From positions 3,750,001-3,782,000 of the forward strand of contig NC_020304.1 of assembly GCF_000341395.1 (NCBI RefSeq): a DNA stretch of 32,000 nucleotides, in the 5' to 3' direction. How positions within the stretch are numbered: the first letter of the stretch is position 1; the number at the start of each line of letters is the position of its first letter. This document shows positions 8,140 through 17,740 of the stretch, in pieces. This stretch comes from Desulfocapsa sulfexigens DSM 10523. Lineage in GTDB: Bacteria > Desulfobacterota > Desulfobulbia > Desulfobulbales > Desulfocapsaceae. The position numbers and the translations under genes were made by a program. The notes under the pieces were generated by a model. It ran no database searches, was not told where the DNA came from, and saw nothing but the letters and a program-made list of their open reading frames with translations.

Positions 8140-8619
8140 TTAATCAGCAAGAAAGTCTCGAATTGTTTTGATCAGCAGAGGACTAGGATCGATATTCCTA
8201 ATCTCATGTTCAAATTTTTCTCCTCCAGAGAACTTTTCTAGCTTCTCCACCAATTCTGTCTCATCAAAAGCAACGGTTATATAATTAAGTGCTAAAAACC
8301 GTTGAGCAGTTGCAAACTGATGATCGTTTCGGTGTTCCCCCAATGCAGCTTTCCTGGGCATAACGATTATCGGTTTCCCTAGCTCTAAGGCTGTTATGAT
8401 AGTCCCCATACCAGCATGCGCAATAATCACATCTGCTTCTAGGAATTTCTTGTTAAATTCATCAGGGTTAAGGAATTTTTCATATCCAATTTTTTTTGGT
8501 CGCCACTCTGTCTCACCAATCTGGGCAAAAATCTCCTGGCCAAGTTTTTGAGCACATTCATCCACAGCACGAACCAGCCGATCGAATGGTAATTGCTCTC
8601 CCACCGTAACAAATATCAC
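8140..8619 (-). CDS. Alg13-like glycosyltransferase C-terminal-domain subunit (PssE/Cps14G type)
   Basis: MIFVTVGEQLPFDRLV..., IIAHAGMGTIITALELGKPIIVMPR and GEHRNDHQFATAQ are typical of the GT28 C-terminal / Alg13 family. There is a 4-nt ATGA overlap with the upstream Alg14-like gene. Confidence 0.8.
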   Translation of the reverse strand: MIFVTVGEQLPFDRLVRAVDECAQKLGQEIFAQIGETEWRPKKIGYEKFLNPDEFNKKFLEADVIIAHAGMGTIITALELGKPIIVMPRKAALGEHRNDHQFATAQRFLALNYITVAFDETELVEKLEKFSGGEKFEHEIRNIDPSPLLIKTIRDFLAD

Positions 8620-9080
8620 AAAACTGCCCCGAAAAAACTAGGCCCACCCGGAACAGCAAGTTCTTCCCATTGAGTAAGCCACAAATCAGCATATTTTCCT
8701 GCTCTTTTTCCAGACAAAGACAATTCGTCGACATTAGCAATACTGTCCAACCATATCGTTTTAGCGCCCAATTTTTTTCCCAAAAAAATAGCTAAGAATC
8801 CTGGAGCTGCACCAGTTGAAACGACGACGTCAGGTCGGACAAAGAGAATACGTACAAACATGATGCAAGCAAGCCATAGTAACTTCAATTTGTTCCAGCG
8901 ACTGGCATCAGGCACAACAATAAAACGATTGTCCCCAACAGTAGTTGAATATTTGGCCTCAGTAGTCATAAAAATCAGCTCACAACCATCGAAAGCAGGT
9001 AGTAATCTATTTAACTGCACCCAATGTCCACCGGCTGATGCTACTAGCATGATTTTTTTTTTCTTAGCAGACACTTTCAA
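8616..9080 (-). CDS. Alg14-like membrane-anchoring glycosyltransferase subunit (PssD/Cps14F type)
   Basis: IMLVASAGGHWVQLNRLLP matches the family's ASSGGHxxQ N-terminus, and the size is about 150 aa. The start is ambiguous: TTG at 9080, GTG at 9074 (preceded by AGGTG) or ATG at 9050. Confidence 0.75.
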   Translation of the reverse strand: MKVSAKKKKIMLVASAGGHWVQLNRLLPAFDGCELIFMTTEAKYSTTVGDNRFIVVPDASRWNKLKLLWLACIMFVRILFVRPDVVVSTGAAPGFLAIFLGKKLGAKTIWLDSIANVDELSLSGKRAGKYADLWLTQWEELAVPGGPSFFGAVL

Positions 9081-9085
9081 GCACC

Positions 9086-9940
9086 TTACTTATCTATATT
9101 TATTGCTCGACTACTAATATCACGTTCCCAGCAACTGAAACCATATAATTTACGTTGATATTTAGCCCGTATTCGCGACACCATATTAACATAAATATAT
9201 ATTGGTAACCTCACCCAGTTGCTCGGTTTTCTGAGTAAAACAAGAAAAGCAGATCCATATTTTTTTTCTTCACGATTCATTAATTCAGGAAATTTTTCAG
9301 CCAACTCGTATCTTCCCAACCTGCTCCGAGTTTTTATTTTTATCAAATCAGACAATTTGGCTGGAGAACGCACATTAGAATGACTCTGTTGAACAGCTAC
9401 TCTTTCGTCCTTTTTAAATATCGCCCGAATAAAACCATCATCAGCAATTATATCTGGAAACTTGTCAAACCTTCCTCGACCTTCTTCCGATAGAGCATAC
9501 ACTCCTGTGCCAATCATGCCTTCTTTCACATATGGTAATTGCTGCCAAATATAATAAAAACTTTTAACAGGCCATGATGAGCCACGAAAATCCATTCGCA
9601 TGGTAGAAGAGGCTGCCAGACAATGTCCTTTTGAAAGTTCTTCAGCCAGAGCCATTACAGATTTTGTAGAAAGGACAATATCAGCATCGAGATACACACG
9701 GGGAAACTCAGAGGCTGCATCATCACCTAAATTAAGGGCATTGGTTTTTGATGCCACAGATGTTTCAATGCATTTAATCTTGGTGCCAAAAGAACGAACG
9801 ACTCCAGCAGTATCATCTGTACAACCATTACAAACGACCACCAGTTCAATTGTACCATCTTGCACAGCTGCCAGAAGAGCTTGAAGAGTATTAGCAATAA
9901 CGTTAGCTTCATTATGCGCAGGAATAATTACTGAGACCAC
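9086..9940 (-). CDS. Family 2 glycosyltransferase
   Basis: VSVIIPAHNEANVI, VVVCNGCTDDT and YLDADIV. GTG start at 9940 is preceded by GGGTGGA. Confidence 0.8.
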   Translation of the reverse strand: MVSVIIPAHNEANVIANTLQALLAAVQDGTIELVVVCNGCTDDTAGVVRSFGTKIKCIETSVASKTNALNLGDDAASEFPRVYLDADIVLSTKSVMALAEELSKGHCLAASSTMRMDFRGSSWPVKSFYYIWQQLPYVKEGMIGTGVYALSEEGRGRFDKFPDIIADDGFIRAIFKKDERVAVQQSHSNVRSPAKLSDLIKIKTRSRLGRYELAEKFPELMNREEKKYGSAFLVLLRKPSNWVRLPIYIYVNMVSRIRAKYQRKLYGFSCWERDISSRAINIDK

Positions 9941-10008
9941 TATCCACCCTTACTATCATCAAGCATTTCACAAGTTACTACACGCCTTACTGCTGCAGTA
10001 ACCCTTCA

Positions 10009-10947
10009 CTAAGAAAGCCACTCTTTGCGTCGCCTCCAAACTGCCCCCCACACTTCTTTTGACTCTTCTGATTTTTTCTTTCCTAGAAATGTCAACAACC
10101 CATGAATCAGATAGCGGGACAAAGGCCAGCCAGCAAGCATAGCCACCCCCAAAGGAACAGTCACTGGACTAAAATGTCGACGAATTAAAAGTCCCTTCGC
10201 TTTCACCAGTCGCACCAATTTATCTGAACGAATCGTCTCCGAAGCACCTCCATAGTGGACAATAGTAGCGTCTGAGGTAACCATAGGCCTTGCGCCCTTT
10301 CTTTTTGCACGTAAACACAAGTCGGCCTCCTCACCATACATAAAAAAGTCGGAGTTAAAGCCCCCCATTTCATTCCAGAAATCCCTTTTAATAAGCAGAA
10401 AACAACCAGAAACAATGTCTACTGTTCTGATACCTTCCCTATTCCACCCTCCAATCCCTTCAGGGTTAAATATGTTGGTTCTGCGAAACAACGAAGAGAG
10501 ACCGACAACCTGGCTAAAAAGACTCCAAAGGGTTTGTCTTTGCCAACATGAAGATGGGTTAAGCGTTCCGTCAGCAAAACATGTTTTACCACCCCATATT
10601 TTTGCCTCTGAATGGTCTTTTGCAAAAGATAAGAGTTTTTCTATCGCCTGATCCAATACTAAAGTATCAGGATTCAGCAATAGCAGGTATTCTCCAGTGG
10701 CTACTTTAGCTGCTTCGTTATTGCCCCCTGCAAAACCAATATTTTCCTTATTAGTTATAAGATGAACCCGACCTTGAAAAGCGTTATGTATCTCTTCGGC
10801 AGAATTATCTGTTGAGTTGTTATCAAGTACAATAACCTCAAAAGGTAGATGTACAGAGTCCACTGCAAAAACAGAGTCCAAAGCCTTAAGTGTTAGCTCA
10901 CACGTATTATAACTAATGACTAAAATGGAAAGCAGCATAGAAGACAT
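10009..10947 (-). CDS. Family 2 glycosyltransferase (rhamnosyltransferase-like)
   Basis: LSILVISYNTCELT, VLDNNSTDNS, GFAGGNN, LLLNPDT and GEEADLC. Confidence 0.8.
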   Translation of the reverse strand: MSSMLLSILVISYNTCELTLKALDSVFAVDSVHLPFEVIVLDNNSTDNSAEEIHNAFQGRVHLITNKENIGFAGGNNEAAKVATGEYLLLLNPDTLVLDQAIEKLLSFAKDHSEAKIWGGKTCFADGTLNPSSCWQRQTLWSLFSQVVGLSSLFRRTNIFNPEGIGGWNREGIRTVDIVSGCFLLIKRDFWNEMGGFNSDFFMYGEEADLCLRAKRKGARPMVTSDATIVHYGGASETIRSDKLVRLVKAKGLLIRRHFSPVTVPLGVAMLAGWPLSRYLIHGLLTFLGKKKSEESKEVWGAVWRRRKEWLS

Positions 10948-12231
10948 TTACAGGTTAGAACTGGTTGAAAACCAACGTTCATCATATGCATACGCTGCAA
11001 TGGCTATCGTCAAGTATAAAAGCATGGTAATTTGACCAAAATACGCAACAGATAAAAATGTAACACAATGCCCCATCATCATGACAGCCACTCCCCACCA
11101 TAACCATTGATCCTCAATTTCAGTTTCAGATTTCGAATATGAAACCAATGTTGTGATGACTTTATAACACAAGATTATAAAGAGCAGCATTGTGAAAAAG
11201 CCCCCTCGAACTCCTTCCAACAAGTAATGATTGGTCACATCTGTGAATGTTGCCCACGTATGTGGCCAATATTTGGTATGCCACTGAGGCCCCACATCTC
11301 CATAACCGAATAACCACCAATTCGAAAACTCTTTGACAGCGGCATCTACCAACATATATCTATGATAACCGGTTGAGCTACCTTTGACCGATATTCGAAC
11401 ATAAAGAAAGTGCCATAATGGTGATTCTCTAACCACATGAATAAATATCGCAACAGACAACATAAATCGCGCCAAAAGCGAACTATATTGTTTCCATTTA
11501 AAAAACCAAAGGAAGCAAATTATTGCAGCAAGCGCAACTATCGGTCCACTTGAGGAAGAGGCATATACAAAAAACACACAACAAAAAATGGAAAACAGCC
11601 TGACTTTACTTCTAGATTTTTTATAATCAGCCCAAAGGATTGGTACCAATGCGGCAGCAAAAGAACCATACAGGATCGAATGACTGAATGTGGCAGCAGC
11701 CCTGATTTCACCGTCCCTAATAGAGATAGCATTCCGCCCCAAAACTGAGAACAAATTGTTTGCGGAATAAAACTCAAAAATAGTAAACGGTAGCAATACA
11801 ATAACACAGACAGAAAATGTTCTTATTATTAACCGTATGCTATCCTTTGAATAAATAGAGTACCTAATAACCAAATAAATAATGATACTATCGACAAAGA
11901 CCCCGCTCTTAAATATAAAAGCTCCGAACTTATCTTGACTAGCTAGCAAATACACAATCGTCCCCAATAAGTTGTAGTAAATAAAATATTTATCTATTGT
12001 ATTCAACCGAATTCTAACATAATCACCACAGGCATATATTTTAAGCAAACCAACTAGAGCAATTACTCGGACAGCATAAAAATCAAGAGTCCCAATCTTA
12101 ATGGATATATCTGCCGGTAAAAAACACATTGCAATAATCAGTGGAACAACCACATTTTCTTTTCTTACCATTACAATACTTATGCTGAGAAAAGAAAGAA
12201 GGGCTATAAATGCTGGGGTTGTATTATGCAA
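10948..12231 (-). CDS. wzy: Wzy-type polymerase / O-antigen-ligase-family membrane protein
   Basis: About 10-12 hydrophobic helices and a Wzy_C-like motif, TNHYLLEGVRGGFFTMLLF (family pattern HNxxLexxxexGxxG). TTG start codon. I cannot separate a polymerase from an exosortase-associated O-glycosylation ligase. Confidence 0.65.
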   Translation of the reverse strand: MHNTTPAFIALLSFLSISIVMVRKENVVVPLIIAMCFLPADISIKIGTLDFYAVRVIALVGLLKIYACGDYVRIRLNTIDKYFIYYNLLGTIVYLLASQDKFGAFIFKSGVFVDSIIIYLVIRYSIYSKDSIRLIIRTFSVCVIVLLPFTIFEFYSANNLFSVLGRNAISIRDGEIRAAATFSHSILYGSFAAALVPILWADYKKSRSKVRLFSIFCCVFFVYASSSSGPIVALAAIICFLWFFKWKQYSSLLARFMLSVAIFIHVVRESPLWHFLYVRISVKGSSTGYHRYMLVDAAVKEFSNWWLFGYGDVGPQWHTKYWPHTWATFTDVTNHYLLEGVRGGFFTMLLFIILCYKVITTLVSYSKSETEIEDQWLWWGVAVMMMGHCVTFLSVAYFGQITMLLYLTIAIAAYAYDERWFSTSSNL

Positions 12232-12378
12232 ATTGAGTTAACCAGTCAGAGGAATGATTCATTAACGTAATCATGAAAAAGGTCCTTTTACTAGGGAACC
12301 TTAAAAAGGGATGTTAAAATCAATCAATACTACTACTTTCAGATTTCTCTAGTCTAAATAATAATATCTCATAATGTT

Positions 12379-13110
12379 ATGATGAAAAACATTTTTTACT
12401 TATTCTTTGTTTTTGTAGTATTCTCAGGCATTGTAGCTACAACAACTATCTCATATTACAAACAAAAAAAAACAGACCGACTCTATAATTACAAATTAAA
12501 AGAAACTTGTCCCATTCACGTTTCAATTCAAAGTAACAATATAATATTATACGGAGATTCTCGTATCTTTGAGTGGGGGGAACCTGATTTTGGGGAAGGC
12601 TTTGTAGCCATCAATTATGGAGTTACAGGGGCAACTACAGAAGAAACTTTACATCTAATTGAAAATACCATTTTTGATGTCAGTCCAAAATGGTATATAG
12701 TCCAAGTGGGCATAAATGATCTTGTCGCTGCTAGTATGTTAGACACAAACAACCAACAAAGAGTTCAAACCAAGGCCTTACTCAACATAAAAAAAATCAT
12801 AAAAAAACTTTCTTCAAGTGGTAGCCATGTAATAGTTTTAACCGTCGTTCCACCAATTTCACCTAGTTTTTTCAAGCGACTAATATGGGGAAAGGGAATA
12901 GAAAATGCTAGCCATCAATTATCGCTCAGCTTATTGAGCGAATCTTCTAAGAACATTACTGTTATTGATATGAGGAGGATTTTCCTCCAACCCGGCACTA
13001 GATCATGGAATACAGCATACTCCAAAGATGCTTTGCATTGGAATAATAAAGCTTACGAAGCACTGACTTTTGAGGTCAATAAACTTATTTCAAAAACCAC
13101 TCAACCATAA
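12379..13110 (+). CDS. SGNH/GDSL-family hydrolase (membrane-anchored esterase/acyl-transfer enzyme)
   Basis: N-terminal anchor IFYLFFVFVVFSGIVATTTI. Block I LYGDSRI, block II GVTGATT, block III VQVGINDL, block V DALHWN. Confidence 0.75.
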   Translation: MMKNIFYLFFVFVVFSGIVATTTISYYKQKKTDRLYNYKLKETCPIHVSIQSNNIILYGDSRIFEWGEPDFGEGFVAINYGVTGATTEETLHLIENTIFDVSPKWYIVQVGINDLVAASMLDTNNQQRVQTKALLNIKKIIKKLSSSGSHVIVLTVVPPISPSFFKRLIWGKGIENASHQLSLSLLSESSKNITVIDMRRIFLQPGTRSWNTAYSKDALHWNNKAYEALTFEVNKLISKTTQP

Positions 13111-13126
13111 TTACTTGTAGGTTCTC

Positions 13127-13567
13127 ATGCTAAATAATAAATATCTCCAAATGATTTTGGTACAAATCAGACACCTACTCCTTTCGTTACGGAACATTTA
13201 CCTCAGAAAAGTATGTGGCATGACTATTGGTAAAGATGTCCGGATTTCTTTAAAAGCAAATTTGGACAAGCGTAACCCGAAAGGAGTAATCATAGGGGAT
13301 GGAACATACCTCGCGTTTGGAGCAACTATTCTCTGTCACGATATGGCGAGAAATATTAGAGGCGATGTGAGAATAGGAAAAAACTGTTTTATTGGTGCTC
13401 AATGTATAATCTTACCTGGCGTTACTATCGGTGATGAAGTTGTTATAGCAGCTGGTGCGGTGGTCACTAGGGACGTATTGAACAACACCATCGTTGCTGG
13501 CAATCCTGCAAAACCCATCCGACAAGGTATAAAAACCATTAAATGGGGAAGAATAGTAACCACATGA
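13127..13567 (+). CDS. Hexapeptide-repeat (LbH) O-acetyltransferase
   Basis: IGKNCFIGAQCIILPGVTIGDEVVIAAGAVVTRDVLNNTIVAGNPAKPIR is the classical WcaF/Mac-type C-terminus. The start could instead be an internal Met. Confidence 0.8.
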   Translation: MLNNKYLQMILVQIRHLLLSLRNIYLRKVCGMTIGKDVRISLKANLDKRNPKGVIIGDGTYLAFGATILCHDMARNIRGDVRIGKNCFIGAQCIILPGVTIGDEVVIAAGAVVTRDVLNNTIVAGNPAKPIRQGIKTIKWGRIVTT

Positions 13568-13600
13568 CGTCAATCACTATCAAAACATGAAATATTTAAT

Positions 13601-14983
13601 ATGATTAACTTTAGGCTATACGCTATACAATACCTGACAGCGATCCTAGTGCTATTTTGTTCAGTTGACTCAAGAGCAACAGACTTTTACATAGATCCTG
13701 AGAAGGGTACAGTGGAAGGAGATGGTACAAAAACAAGCCCCTGGTTAACCCTAGAAGAAGTCTGGAATTCAGGGAAAATACAAACACAAGCATGGATCCC
13801 TCCATACAAATCATCAACCAAAGCCCTCACTCCTAAAAACATTGGGGCCCCCATACAACCTGGTGACACGATACACCTTTTATCCGGACATCACGGTAAG
13901 TTAATTATAATAGGCGCTATCAATAACGATTGGATTACGGTTAAAGCTGCGGATGGAGCAAAACCAACTTTTGGTAGAATAATGCTTCGCTCATCTTCCA
14001 AATGGGTATTTGATGGGATCTCAATCAGTCCTAGCCACGTTGCCCCGTACAAAAAAAACATCTTATTCTTAGTAGAAGATCATAGTTGGAGTGGCCCATC
14101 ATCTTTCATCACTATTAGAAATAGTACATTGTTTGGCATGGCAAACATATCTGGATGGAATGCACAAAACTGGATAGCCTTTGCACCTGACGCAATACAT
14201 ACCGAAGCCGAAAACACCATTATAGAAAATATGAATATTTTTAATGTACATAATGGAGTTACTATAGAAAAAGCTGATTATACAGAAATAAAGAATTCTA
14301 CTATAAATCATATATCAGGCGATGGCATACAAAACAATCAATCCAGTTATGTAAAGATTGAATACAACACTATTAAAAACATTTACACCGTTGACAAAAC
14401 TCACAAAGACATGATTCAGGCGTGGACTTTCGACGCCCCTATCACAGGGATGGAAATCAGAGGAAATACCCTAGTCATGGCAGAAAATGATAAAAACCCT
14501 TTAACCTTAAAAGTCCAAGGAATTGGCATGTTTGATGGGTGGTATGACAATACCCTTGTAGAAAACAATCTGATAGTAACAAACACAGACCATGGCATTT
14601 CTTTTTACGGAGCTAAAAATTGTCGTATCATTAATAACACCGTTACATCTGTTCTCAATTCGTCAGTTGGCCCTACAGGTGCCCCCATAAGAATATATCC
14701 CCACAAAAATGGTACTCCTGGATTTGACAATATAATACGCAACAATCTTGCAACCTATATCAGTACGACAAATAGGGGCGTGGATGGTGGTGTACTAGTG
14801 GATCATAATATAAAGGTCATCAATTCAGATCATTTCATTAATGCTGAAGCTTTCGATTTCAGACTAAAAAAAACCTCACCTGCTATCGATACAGGCTCCA
14901 TCATTTTTAGTCCAGAAATTGATATTTTAAAAAATCCTAGAACAAATATCCCTGATATCGGAGCATATGAATACATCAAGTAA
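13601..14983 (+). CDS. Secreted right-handed parallel beta-helix protein (candidate glycanase/lyase or epimerase)
   Basis: Signal peptide ...LVLFCSVDSRA|TD. PbH1-like repeats IENMNIFNVHNGVTIEKADYTEIKNSTINHISGDGIQNNQSSYVKIEYNTIKNI and NNLIVTNTDHGISFYGAKNCRIINNTV. Confidence 0.65.
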   Translation: MINFRLYAIQYLTAILVLFCSVDSRATDFYIDPEKGTVEGDGTKTSPWLTLEEVWNSGKIQTQAWIPPYKSSTKALTPKNIGAPIQPGDTIHLLSGHHGKLIIIGAINNDWITVKAADGAKPTFGRIMLRSSSKWVFDGISISPSHVAPYKKNILFLVEDHSWSGPSSFITIRNSTLFGMANISGWNAQNWIAFAPDAIHTEAENTIIENMNIFNVHNGVTIEKADYTEIKNSTINHISGDGIQNNQSSYVKIEYNTIKNIYTVDKTHKDMIQAWTFDAPITGMEIRGNTLVMAENDKNPLTLKVQGIGMFDGWYDNTLVENNLIVTNTDHGISFYGAKNCRIINNTVTSVLNSSVGPTGAPIRIYPHKNGTPGFDNIIRNNLATYISTTNRGVDGGVLVDHNIKVINSDHFINAEAFDFRLKKTSPAIDTGSIIFSPEIDILKNPRTNIPDIGAYEYIK

Positions 14984-15057
14984 AAAATCATGCTACTTAC
15001 ACAAGCAACAGGAAACACAAACAAAAAAATCCGTTAAGCCTGAGAAAATACTATATT

Positions 15058-15966
15058 TTAAATAACAATTGCTTCACAATTAGGTCTTGGATAAAAAGGA
15101 GAACGACGTGAAATAGCTTTAATTACTCTAACCACAAATGATAAATACTTATTACCACAACATATAAATAGGAATTTATAATATTTAATCTGTTTATCAA
15201 GTAGTTCTGGTTTTGGTACACCAGCCATATCTAGAAATGTTTTTAGATTTTCTAATATTTTTATTATTTGTTTTGTTTCCTTTGAGGTATTGCTATTTGA
15301 AGAAAGGCTATCTTTTGTGTCTGTTTGATAAATAACAAATGGAGTCGTTTCATATCCAACATTACATAAAAAAGAAAGCTTCAATGCTATATCATAGTCT
15401 TCTAATATTTTTAATCTTTCATCGTAACCTCCAGCCTTATTAAAAATATTTTTCTTAATGATAGCACCCTGATTAAACATAATAAATCTTGTTAATAGGA
15501 TTGAAGACATATTCCAACATAGTCCTTGAGGTGGTTTAGGAGTGAAACACGCATTTTGAAAACTATTCGTGTTTTTCCCAACTTGAGGATAAAAACCCAT
15601 GTTACAAATCACACAACCCAGTTCTGTTTTAGATTTATGAATGATCATTATTTGCCTGTGGAGTTTTTCAGGTAACCAGCAATCATCTGAATCAAGAAAT
15701 GCTATCCACTCACCTTTGGCAATTTTTACCCCTGCGTTTCTAGCAGCACTAGCCCCTTTGTTTTCCTGATAAAGATAAATTATTTTTGACATATAAGGCC
15801 GTAACACCTCCTTAGTCCTGTCTATTGAACCGTCATCAATAACAATGATTTCGAAGTTGCTGTATGTTTGAGATAAAACACTTTCAATGGATCTTACAAT
15901 AGAATGAGCACGATTATACGTTGGGATTATTACCGATACACGGTTGTCAGTATTTACCTCTATCAT
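15058..15966 (-). CDS. Family 2 glycosyltransferase
   Basis: VSVIIPTYNRAHSIVRSIESVLSQTY, IIVIDDGSIDRT and FLDSDD. Confidence 0.85.
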   Translation of the reverse strand: MIEVNTDNRVSVIIPTYNRAHSIVRSIESVLSQTYSNFEIIVIDDGSIDRTKEVLRPYMSKIIYLYQENKGASAARNAGVKIAKGEWIAFLDSDDCWLPEKLHRQIMIIHKSKTELGCVICNMGFYPQVGKNTNSFQNACFTPKPPQGLCWNMSSILLTRFIMFNQGAIIKKNIFNKAGGYDERLKILEDYDIALKLSFLCNVGYETTPFVIYQTDTKDSLSSNSNTSKETKQIIKILENLKTFLDMAGVPKPELLDKQIKYYKFLFICCGNKYLSFVVRVIKAISRRSPFYPRPNCEAIVI

Positions 15967-16113
15967 ATTTTTTCCTATATCTCACGGCATTAAAGGTAGC
16001 CATACATTTGATATAATTATATGACCACCTGAACTATGACCACATATCATTAGCACGATCTAAAGAAGCCATGAACTTGAATGAAATATATTGGAGAATA
16101 GAACAGATACATC

Positions 16114-17658
16114 CTATTTATCTGGTCCTGAACTTTTACTTGACGTAATTGTTAAGAAAACGATATTCCTTGTTAGAGGTAACATCAGATACATTACAAC
16201 CGTTAAGGTACAACTTCCACTTACAGCTATCAACAGGTTAACGACATGGCCATAAGCTTGAAATAGAGTAATGCTTATCAGTGCAATAGATGCCGCAACC
16301 ACGGCTCCATAAATTCCAGGAGTTACTACCTTCAAGCCATCCATCAACAGTACAGGTCCTTTCCGGAGGACCGCCCACGAAATCAGGGGGCTTCGCAAAA
16401 GTATCCCTGACACCCCATACGCCATCGCCAAACTCTCCGCTCCATGAGGGGCGGAGAGGAAAAAGAGCAAAACCAGCAATATAGTGTTAATTAACATATT
16501 TCGGAAATGCTCATACGCTCGTCCCTGTGATACCATTAGCCATGATAAAGAAATAGTGAAAGGCTGAACAATGCCGGCAATCCCAAGCCATCTGAATAAA
16601 ACAGGGACCTGCCCCCACCCCGGTCCAAGGACTACTTGGCATAACGGTTCAGCAATTACGACCAATATGGCTATCCCTGGAGTTGTAAGCATCAGCAGCC
16701 TAGTTGTAATTTGGACATAGGCATTTTTGTATCTTTCTGGTTCACCAGCCAGACGACTCAACACAGGTATAGCAACACTTCCAACTGGTGTAACTAACTG
16801 ACTCAAAGGCATCAAAAGCAATGCAAATGCTCTGTTATATTCACCCAACACAGCATTCCCATTAAAAAACCCAACAAGGAGATTGTCTGCATTGCGGCCC
16901 ACGCTTGCGAAAAAGGCACCTGCTGAAAAGTAACTTCCATCCTTAACAATACCTTTAACTTTATTGGATGGATTCGGTGATGATGGAAAAACTGGACAGA
17001 GAAAAAAAGTCAGTAATAGCGTGGATCCTACTTTTGTTAGTTGTAAAATAACAAGAGACCAATAGCTTAGGCCAGAAATTGCGGCATAAGCTGCCACGGA
17101 CACAGCAAAAGCAAAAGATACTGTTTTTATTAAAGCGACTCTCCCCATTAACAAACGACGTTTTAGTAATGCCGTGTTTATAATAGGTAAGTTAGAAAGG
17201 AATATTACACCGGCAAATGAAAGAGTAATATTTGTAATTCTAGAATCCTTGTAAATCCACCCCAGGACTGGGGCGAGCAACACTACAAAAACACACAAAA
17301 AACCGGCCAGCGTGAGATTAAACCAAAAGGCCTTATCGAACTGCTCACGACTTACAGTAGGTAGCCGAACGATTACATCTGCAACCCCAGCCTCTTGTAT
17401 AGACAAGACTATTGCCACTGCTGCGGTTACAACAGCCACAACACCAAAGTCATCAGGTACCAACAAGCGAGATAGTAATGAAATAGAGGCAATATAGAGG
17501 ATAAAAATCACAGCTTCAGCAACAACTGTTACAATACCTCCTCGAAACGTGCTACTCCGGAGATTTGAATTTTTTTCACTATTTCCAGCCAACAAGTCGA
17601 AGTCGGGCTTTATTTGTCCATTCTTTTTTTTATAACTCAACGTGCTCTCTCTAGGCAT
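16114..17658 (-). CDS. wzx: Wzx-type polysaccharide flippase (MOP superfamily)
   Basis: 514 aa and hydrophobic throughout (about 12-14 helices). The layout is that of polysaccharide biosynthesis/export (Polysacc_synt) proteins, and the gene sits among GT genes. Confidence 0.7.
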   Translation of the reverse strand: MPRESTLSYKKKNGQIKPDFDLLAGNSEKNSNLRSSTFRGGIVTVVAEAVIFILYIASISLLSRLLVPDDFGVVAVVTAAVAIVLSIQEAGVADVIVRLPTVSREQFDKAFWFNLTLAGFLCVFVVLLAPVLGWIYKDSRITNITLSFAGVIFLSNLPIINTALLKRRLLMGRVALIKTVSFAFAVSVAAYAAISGLSYWSLVILQLTKVGSTLLLTFFLCPVFPSSPNPSNKVKGIVKDGSYFSAGAFFASVGRNADNLLVGFFNGNAVLGEYNRAFALLLMPLSQLVTPVGSVAIPVLSRLAGEPERYKNAYVQITTRLLMLTTPGIAILVVIAEPLCQVVLGPGWGQVPVLFRWLGIAGIVQPFTISLSWLMVSQGRAYEHFRNMLINTILLVLLFFLSAPHGAESLAMAYGVSGILLRSPLISWAVLRKGPVLLMDGLKVVTPGIYGAVVAASIALISITLFQAYGHVVNLLIAVSGSCTLTVVMYLMLPLTRNIVFLTITSSKSSGPDK

Positions 17659-17740
17659 AAAGACTATAATTCAACAATACATTGAAAATCACACACATGA
17701 CAACGATATTTCCGCAACCTCAACGAAGGGAACAATGCTC

